Shown in pieces: positions 1 through 5,551 of a stretch of DNA of 11,140 nt. Location of the stretch: positions 1 to 11,140 of the forward strand of contig JAYUVP010000326.1 of NCBI GenBank assembly GCA_043753995.1. The letters are read 5' to 3'. Within the stretch, counting starts at the first letter, position 1, and every line of letters begins with the position of its first letter. This DNA is from Fibrobacterota bacterium (lineage in GTDB: Bacteria; Fibrobacterota; Fibrobacteria; UBA11236). Below the pieces are notes generated by a model that had not been told where the DNA came from, did not search any database, and worked only from the letters and a program-made list of their open reading frames with translations. Position numbers and translations under genes: made by a program.

Positions 1-2260
1 GGACCTTTGGTTTTCCGAATATATGCACCCACTCGGCATAGACATGCCCATAGGTATAAAGCCAAACCTCATCCAGCGGAATTTGGAAATACGGAGGAAT
101 AGCACCCTTATGGCCCAGAAAGGTATTTAGGTATTCTTCAATTTTATACTTCGTGATAGTTTCATTGAATTCTTTTGGATTATTATACCGGCTCCCCAAC
201 CTTTCCAGTAGGCGCATAAACCCAATCAAAACGGCCAATCGCATTCGACATTGAATTTCAGGGTCGGAGGATATCGCATCTTTCGATTTTCCCCGGGTCA
301 ATTCCAAAAGGCGCGAGGCATTGACCTGGTGAGCCTCACTCAAGGCCCTCATACGACTTTGAGAAGCCGCCCAGAATCCATAAACCGAATGCAAGTAAAC
401 CTTGTCGATTTGCTTTCCAATGCCGCCGAGTACCGACTCCACAAGTTCGTAGCCTTCCTTGGCAGCCAGGAATAGAGCCGCAAATTCGCCGACCACCGGA
501 ATCAAGGCGACAACGCCAAGGGTGGCCCACACCGCTTGGCATAAGGCTTCGCGTTCTTTATCACTTAATTTCATAGCAGCCGCATCACCGAGCTGGCGCA
601 AGGTTTCAATACGCTTCACCGCAGTGGGATCATGGGCATTGCCATTCTTCTGCGCATAGCGTGCGCAAGCGGCAGCAAGCTTACGCCATTCCGCATCCTT
701 GGATTTGCCCAGGTCTTGGCACTCCAGGATCAAGGAGGCAAAATTCGCCAGGGAGATGGCGGTATCCAAGTAAACAAGTCCCTTAGCCACGAATTTGCCC
801 TGACCATTGAATAGAGCGTCGAAGTTCTTGGCTTCGCGGGGAATACCTTGGTCAATGAGTTTAGCTGCCTCTACTGCAGTAAGATCGGCTTTGGCCAATT
901 TAAGGGCCAACTTTTTTACTGGCTCTTTTCGATTCGACAACTCAAGCTCAGACATTTGATCGACTAGCCATCTCTGCCAACGATTTGCGCGATACCACTT
1001 GGTGATAAGATTCCCACTCACAGCCTGATCGATTATTTTCAACGAGCCCGCATTCCGTTCGGTGATGACGAATTTCTTGAAAATAGTCTGCCAAGTATCA
1101 ATGTGATCCTTGGCACTGAAGCAGGATTCTATGGCGGATTGGACTGCCTTCTTGACCTCCTCAGAGGTGGAGTCTTTAAAGGCGTCTTCACTCCATATAT
1201 CCCAGGCCTTTTTGCTGATGGACTTGAACTGAGCCATTTCCGACTTGGAATTGATTTGACCCACCACGAACTTTTGAATGCTATTGGCTTGTTTTATCGA
1301 CGCCATTGCCGAAGCCAAGGCCTTTTCTTTTTCTACCCTCTCCTGGCTGGGACTGGCCTTTTCGGCATCGGCAAGATTTTCGCGAAAGTGCCCAAAGGCT
1401 TCAGGAAAGGTGTCGATGAGAGCGTTTTCGAGGGTATAAGGGATATAGCTTTGTAATTCAGAATCTTTTTCAATGCTACGTATGGAAAAACTAAAGTCGA
1501 AACTGAAATTGAGTCCGGTTTTGTAGACGGGGTGATCGGGGAGAAAGGTGTCTTTGTTGACATCTCCAGGTTCAAAATGAAAAGTGTATTGCCCCTTAGG
1601 TAATGTCACCTCTTGCATCGCTAGAGTTTCAAGATAAAGGCAATTTGCATCTTCCCCATTTTTAGAATCAGGCAGATGGGGGTAAAATGGGATTTTCTGA
1701 GATCCGCAATTTGCTGCAATGGGGTTTTCAGGCTTCATTTTTTTCAGCCACTCCGATTTAAATGTCGAAAGTGGTAGAGTAATTCGCGCATGCCTTACCC
1801 GGGCTAAAAGCAGGCCCAGGAAAGGTCCATCTCCGTCAAGCGCTTTGGCTAACTGCTGACTAACGACATCGCCATCGGTCGCTATTTCTAAGTCTGTCTT
1901 TTTGAAATAAACCGTTCGTGCTTGAACTACCTCAATCCCGGAGGTAGGTAACTCGGCAAACAAATCTTTTTGCCACGATTTGGGATTGGATCCAAAGGCC
2001 TGATAAGGTAAACCTTCAGGAACTAGGACCACCTCCTTGCGCACCTTGGGTCCCCAACCCGTAATCGGTAAGGCCTGCATTTTTTGATCGACCGACCCAA
2101 TGGTTCCGCGGGAATTACTCGACAGGAGGGTTCGAGTTTTGCCTTGACCTACAGCAATAAAGTGGCCTGGCCAAATTCGTAGGGTCTTAGGAATGAAATC
2201 TCCACGTTTCTCGTCGAGATGGGCACTTATCAAATAGGGTGCTTGTAATTTGGCTGTCAT
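1..2260 (-). CDS. Large hypothetical protein (>753 aa, runs off the left edge); candidate membrane-active toxin/effector
   Basis: Translated by hand; absent from the ORF track, probably because its stop lies outside the window. ATG at 2260-2258 overlaps the TGA of the upstream lipoprotein gene (ATGA, 2260-2257). The frame is open to position 2: MTAKLQAPYLISAHLDEKRGDFIPKTLRIWPGHF...EVWLYTYGHVYAEWVHIFGKPKV. No signal peptide. The N-terminal ~270 aa look beta-rich, followed by an Ala/Lys/Glu-rich helical region and the hydrophobic segments FVAKGLVYLDTAISLANFASLILEC and AVWATLGVVALIPVVGEFAALFLAA. The ORF is secure; the function is inference. Confidence 0.9.
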   Translation of the reverse strand, partial: MTAKLQAPYLISAHLDEKRGDFIPKTLRIWPGHFIAVGQGKTRTLLSSNSRGTIGSVDQKMQALPITGWGPKVRKEVVLVPEGLPYQAFGSNPKSWQKDLFAELPTSGIEVVQARTVYFKKTDLEIATDGDVVSQQLAKALDGDGPFLGLLLARVRHARITLPLSTFKSEWLKKMKPENPIAANCGSQKIPFYPHLPDSKNGEDANCLYLETLAMQEVTLPKGQYTFHFEPGDVNKDTFLPDHPVYKTGLNFSFDFSFSIRSIEKDSELQSYIPYTLENALIDTFPEAFGHFRENLADAEKASPSQERVEKEKALASAMASIKQANSIQKFVVGQINSKSEMAQFKSISKKAWDIWSEDAFKDSTSEEVKKAVQSAIESCFSAKDHIDTWQTIFKKFVITERNAGSLKIIDQAVSGNLITKWYRANRWQRWLVDQMSELELSNRKEPVKKLALKLAKADLTAVEAAKLIDQGIPREAKNFDALFNGQGKFVAKGLVYLDTAISLANFASLILECQDLGKSKDAEWRKLAAACARYAQKNGNAHDPTAVKRIETLRQLGDAAAMKLSDKEREALCQAVWATLGVVALIPVVGEFAALFLAAKEGYELVESVLGGIGKQIDKVYLHSVYGFWAASQSRMRALSEAHQVNASRLLELTRGKSKDAISSDPEIQCRMRLAVLIGFMRLLERLGSRYNNPKEFNETITKYKIEEYLNTFLGHKGAIPPYFQIPLDEVWLYTYGHVYAEWVHIFGKPKV

Positions 2261-3489
2261 TTAATTTTCGCCTCAAGCGGTACAAGGGTCTCGCCAAGAA
2301 TTGCCATAGACAATCTTTCGTAATTGTGGCTTGATTGTACAATTTGCGATTGGGCAGCCAAGTCTTCCTTGGTCCATTCCTGCTTGCTGAAAAGACTGTC
2401 CCAATGAATCCGGCAAAAAAGGTCGAAGTTATTCCCTCCTATCCATAGATCCCGAGTAAAATAGACATATTGACCGCTTGGACTAAGCTCTACATTGCTG
2501 GAAATAGAAGAACTCGGCCACTTCACCGTTTGCAACATTTCCCCGTTTGGTCCTACCGAAGCAAGCACGGTGTCAAATCCACCTGAACCCATGGGGATTT
2601 CGACCCAAATCAATAATTTCGACCTATCTAAATTCGAGAAATGCTGACCGATCCAATTCATCTTTCCAACAATGTCCACAATCTTCCCGTTGGGCAGCCT
2701 TTGGCCGGCTGGCATGAATTTCCGTTTTGGGTCATTTAGTTCTTCTGGCGTGACAATCCATTTGCTTGAGATATTGCCATTGGCCAATAAAAAGGTTGGC
2801 GCGACATAGTCTTCAGAAATTTTGACTGAACGCCAAACCTTTTTCATCAAGGGAACGCTTAAAAACATGAGTTTATGTGATGCGATGTACAGAGCCTCGT
2901 TCTTCGGGTCATAGTCCAAATAATCTCTGCGTCGAATCCACTTTCCCAGGTCTTTTCGAGGTAGAGGCCGTCCCTCGCTGTTTCTTTTCGAAAAATCCAG
3001 AATATCAGCATAGCGAACCAGACTATTCACCCCCACATCCCCCGGCCGACCTTGCAGGGTATCCTCTTTCCCTGTGGCCAGTTGTCGTGCCACGAGAAGC
3101 TGGACAGGTTCATCGACCCCTGCGATTTCTCTTGACCCTTGGTAAATCAAATACTTCCCATCCTTGGTGATGGTGGTTTCCCAGGGGTGTTTTCCCAACT
3201 TCCACAGGGTTGTGTCTTTGACCACCTCTAGCCCGGTGCCATCGGTGAGCATGGTCATCATCACGGTATAAGTTTCTTTGTCTTCAACCGTTGGGTGCTC
3301 TTTCACCGGGCGCTCTTGCCAGAAAAAAATGCGGGCCAAGTCGTCCTTGGTGGCCGTGGGGCGAGGGCCTTCGATCAGCTTGGCTAGGGCAGGTGGGTCC
3401 TCTTTGTAATCCTCAAAGGACTCGTCCTCTTTTTTTTTGCACCCCAGCAATAGGGCAAGGGTCAAAACCAAGGCGATAAAAGGCTTCAT
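2257..3489 (-). CDS. Lipoprotein (410 aa) with probable TolB/WD40-like beta-propeller
   Basis: Start moved from GTG 3528 to ATG 3489, which gives a clean signal peptide II, MKPFIALVLTLALLLGC (lipobox LLGC), with GGA shortly upstream. Propeller-blade-like motifs: TITKDGKYLIY, DYDPKNEALYI, NLDRSKLLIW, ELSPSGQYVYF. Confidence 0.85.
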   Translation of the reverse strand: MKPFIALVLTLALLLGCKKKEDESFEDYKEDPPALAKLIEGPRPTATKDDLARIFFWQERPVKEHPTVEDKETYTVMMTMLTDGTGLEVVKDTTLWKLGKHPWETTITKDGKYLIYQGSREIAGVDEPVQLLVARQLATGKEDTLQGRPGDVGVNSLVRYADILDFSKRNSEGRPLPRKDLGKWIRRRDYLDYDPKNEALYIASHKLMFLSVPLMKKVWRSVKISEDYVAPTFLLANGNISSKWIVTPEELNDPKRKFMPAGQRLPNGKIVDIVGKMNWIGQHFSNLDRSKLLIWVEIPMGSGGFDTVLASVGPNGEMLQTVKWPSSSISSNVELSPSGQYVYFTRDLWIGGNNFDLFCRIHWDSLFSKQEWTKEDLAAQSQIVQSSHNYERLSMAILGETLVPLEAKIK

Positions 3490-3512
3490 GGTGATTCCAA
3501 GTTTGGGAGATT

Positions 3513-4346
3513 TCAATTTTTGCTCCACTGCGAATCTATTTCTGATGGGCTCATTTCTTCAAACAAAAATTCCTTGCCGCCTTCTTCGTCGGGACCATAG
3601 TCACGCATCAAGGTGTATTTCTTTTCGCGATCCAGCCCTTCGAAACGAAGCTCGACGAAGTTAGGCTCCGTTTCTTTTAATTCGGAAAAGCTCAGTCGCT
3701 TCACCTCGGCTCCGCCTTCGTCGAGAAGAATTAGCGTGTCGTCCTTGGCCTTGGAGTGATCCAGATCGATTTGCAGCCAGATCCGCCAGGCATCGATCAG
3801 CTTTAGATCGGGGCTTCGCGCTTCGAGTTTATGACTCGATTGCTTGGCGATGAAATAAATCTTGTCCAATTTTGGGTCGAGCTTGCGTCCCTGCACGCTT
3901 TCGTTGATGACATGCTTGCCCACGGCGGCTTCGTCTTTGCGGGCCTTGCCCACGCTGCCTGATTCGGTGGTGATGCTAGTATCCGGCTTGCCATCACGAC
4001 CCTTGAGGAAAATCACAAAGGTGATCAAGTCCCCGGGCATCAATCCCTCGGTATCCACCTTGCACCAAGCAGCATCCAGCAGGGCGCACTCAGATAAAAC
4101 TTTTTCTTCACATCCCGGAAGCTTGGGATCGGATAACCAAACCCATTCTGGGCTAATCAGTTTGGGCTTGGGTTTTTCTTCAGCCAGCAAGGCTTCTTGA
4201 ACTTCCTTTTCCGCTTCTTGCTTGGCTTTGGCCATGGCCTTGGGTTTTGAAACTCTGGCTTGGGAGCCTTGTTTCACCATTCTTTCGATGGAGCTACCCA
4301 AAACCGGAAACAAAACCATGAGCTCGCCACGGCGTATGCTTTCCAC
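3513..4346 (-). CDS. Hypothetical cytoplasmic protein (277 aa), possibly the 3' part of a frameshifted gene starting at 4651
   Basis: Long ORF with protein-like composition: a Lys/Ala/Glu-rich linker (KPKAMAKAKQEAEKEVQEALLAEEKPKPK) followed by two probable beta-rich domains, the last one acidic (WRIWLQIDLD...VELRFEGLDREKKYTLMRDYG...FLFEEM). It stops 23 nt before the lipoprotein start. The GTG start has no evident RBS. Confidence 0.75.
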   Translation of the reverse strand: MESIRRGELMVLFPVLGSSIERMVKQGSQARVSKPKAMAKAKQEAEKEVQEALLAEEKPKPKLISPEWVWLSDPKLPGCEEKVLSECALLDAAWCKVDTEGLMPGDLITFVIFLKGRDGKPDTSITTESGSVGKARKDEAAVGKHVINESVQGRKLDPKLDKIYFIAKQSSHKLEARSPDLKLIDAWRIWLQIDLDHSKAKDDTLILLDEGGAEVKRLSFSELKETEPNFVELRFEGLDREKKYTLMRDYGPDEEGGKEFLFEEMSPSEIDSQWSKN

Positions 4347-4651
4347 GACGATTCGAATGGTTTCGCTTTTTCATTTCCAGAAGAGCGAAGACTAGGGTAG
4401 GCACCACCATTGGGTGAGGCTCGCAGGGCCAAACGGAAAAGCCTTTCCCAATCATCCGGACATAGACCGCGTAAAATTTCTTCGATTTTCAAATTTTGAA
4501 ATGCATTCACTTTCGCGGGGCAATTCATTGGAATGGAATGGCTCATGTGCGGAACTACGGGCCGCCCTCGTAGCGACCCCTCCGGAAAACAATCAAAACA
4601 GGGCTTTCCTACGCAACTAGAACAGGGATAAGGCAGGTTTAAGGAATTCAT
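4274..4651 (-). CDS. Cys-rich hypothetical protein (125 aa) or N-terminal fragment of a frameshifted gene
   Basis: ATG at 4651 is preceded by GGAG at 5-nt spacing (ggagtagaaATG). It contains CSSCVGKPCFDC (CxxC-x4-CxxC) and overlaps the downstream ORF by 73 nt in a different frame. Confidence 0.5.
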   Translation of the reverse strand: MNSLNLPYPCSSCVGKPCFDCFPEGSLRGRPVVPHMSHSIPMNCPAKVNAFQNLKIEEILRGLCPDDWERLFRLALRASPNGGAYPSLRSSGNEKAKPFESSWKAYAVASSWFCFRFWVAPSKEW

Positions 4652-4734
4652 TTCTACTCCAATGGCAACGTCTTAAACGTAGTAGGCCATTTCTTCGACC
4701 AGACTTATTTCACTGAGAAACCAGAAAGTCTCAA

Positions 4735-4759
4735 AAAAGTGTGATCACCGCACACTTTT
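4735..4759. promoter_or_regulatory. Perfect 9-bp inverted repeat in the divergent intergenic region; candidate operator
   Basis: aaaagtgtg-atcaccg-cacactttt (arms 4735-4743 and 4751-4759), lying between the divergent starts at 4651 (-) and 4798 (+). Confidence 0.5.
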
Positions 4760-4797
4760 CAAGCTCAGCTTGCCAAGCAGTCAATTATTTTTCTTTC

Positions 4798-5487
4798 ATG
4801 CGAATCTTCTTTACCTGTCTTTGTTTCCTCTTCTTCACCGCGTCAACCGTGAGTGCCGCTCCTGCTTCTTTCGGAATTCGAAAAGACGGCAGAATCGATC
4901 AGGCTGTCATCGCTAAGGCGTATAAGAACAGCGATTGGGACGAAGCACGCCAAGCGCTGGAAGGCTATCTCAAACGCAAGGGGGACAGTAAAGTGGCTTT
5001 GGACGAGCGGATTTTTGCTTATAAGTATTTAGGAGTGATTTCCGCTGCGGATTCGAACACCATGGCCCGCGCCGAAAGCTATTTCCATCGCCTTTTGGAT
5101 CTCTCGCCCAAGATTGATATCGTGGATTTATTTGCCTCGAAAAAAATCAATGAGTTTTTTCAAAGCGTGAAAAGGGATCACGAGGCACAAAAAGCTTACC
5201 TCACGTCCTTCGACACCTTTGGCCACGAAACCAAGCAAGACGCGACGCTATCGGATACCAAAACTCCCGCTAAGGACAGCATGCCATCCTCATTAATAGC
5301 CAAGACATCTCCCCAACCCATTCCGAAACGCGCCGGTGCTGAAATGCATTCATCCAATAATTCCTCCTGGGTTTGGTGGACAGTGGGCGTCGCCGCTGTC
5401 GCCGGTGTGGGGGCAACGGCTTTTTATTTGAATCAAGAAGACCCACCTAAACGCATTGTCGATCAAAGGACTGTGACTCCAGAGTGA
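4798..5487 (+). CDS. Secreted TPR-like protein with C-terminal hydrophobic helix (229 aa)
   Basis: Start moved from GTG 4741 to ATG 4798, giving signal peptide I MRIFFTCLCFLFFTASTVSA. TPR-like helices WDEARQALEGYL / AYKYLGVISA / ARAESYFHRLLDLSP are followed by a Pro/Ser/Thr/Lys linker and WVWWTVGVAAVAGVGATAFYL near the C-terminus. Confidence 0.85.
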   Translation: MRIFFTCLCFLFFTASTVSAAPASFGIRKDGRIDQAVIAKAYKNSDWDEARQALEGYLKRKGDSKVALDERIFAYKYLGVISAADSNTMARAESYFHRLLDLSPKIDIVDLFASKKINEFFQSVKRDHEAQKAYLTSFDTFGHETKQDATLSDTKTPAKDSMPSSLIAKTSPQPIPKRAGAEMHSSNNSSWVWWTVGVAAVAGVGATAFYLNQEDPPKRIVDQRTVTPE

Positions 5488-5551
5488 TGCCGATCAAAAC
5501 TTTTACCATCACCCTCAGCTAGCTTTTGACCTTGCTCATCGGGAAATCATT

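Noticed and set aside
251..1575. Short ORFs 251-475, 336-542, 459-659, 632-814, 1103-1456 and 1333-1575
   Set aside because: All lie antisense to, or out of frame within, the long minus-strand gene 2260 to <1; they are shadow ORFs.
3490..3528. GTG 3528 as the lipoprotein start
   Set aside because: It adds 13 residues in front of a canonical signal peptide II and overlaps the upstream gene; ATG 3489 fits better.
2877..4620. ORFs 2877-3170, 3291-3479, 3437-3664, 3803-3997, 3862-4200 and 4414-4620
   Set aside because: They overlap better-supported minus-strand genes and show no recognisable motifs.
4740..4755. Canonical CRP/FNR site
   Set aside because: TGTG and CACA are separated by 7 nt rather than the 8 nt of TGTGA-N6-TCACA; kept only as a generic dyad.
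4741..4797. GTG 4741 as the start of the TPR-like gene, and sigma70 promoter calls in this gap
   Set aside because: The signal peptide begins at ATG 4798. The -35-like hexamers (TTGCCA on +, TTGACT on -) lack a convincing -10 at 16-18 nt.
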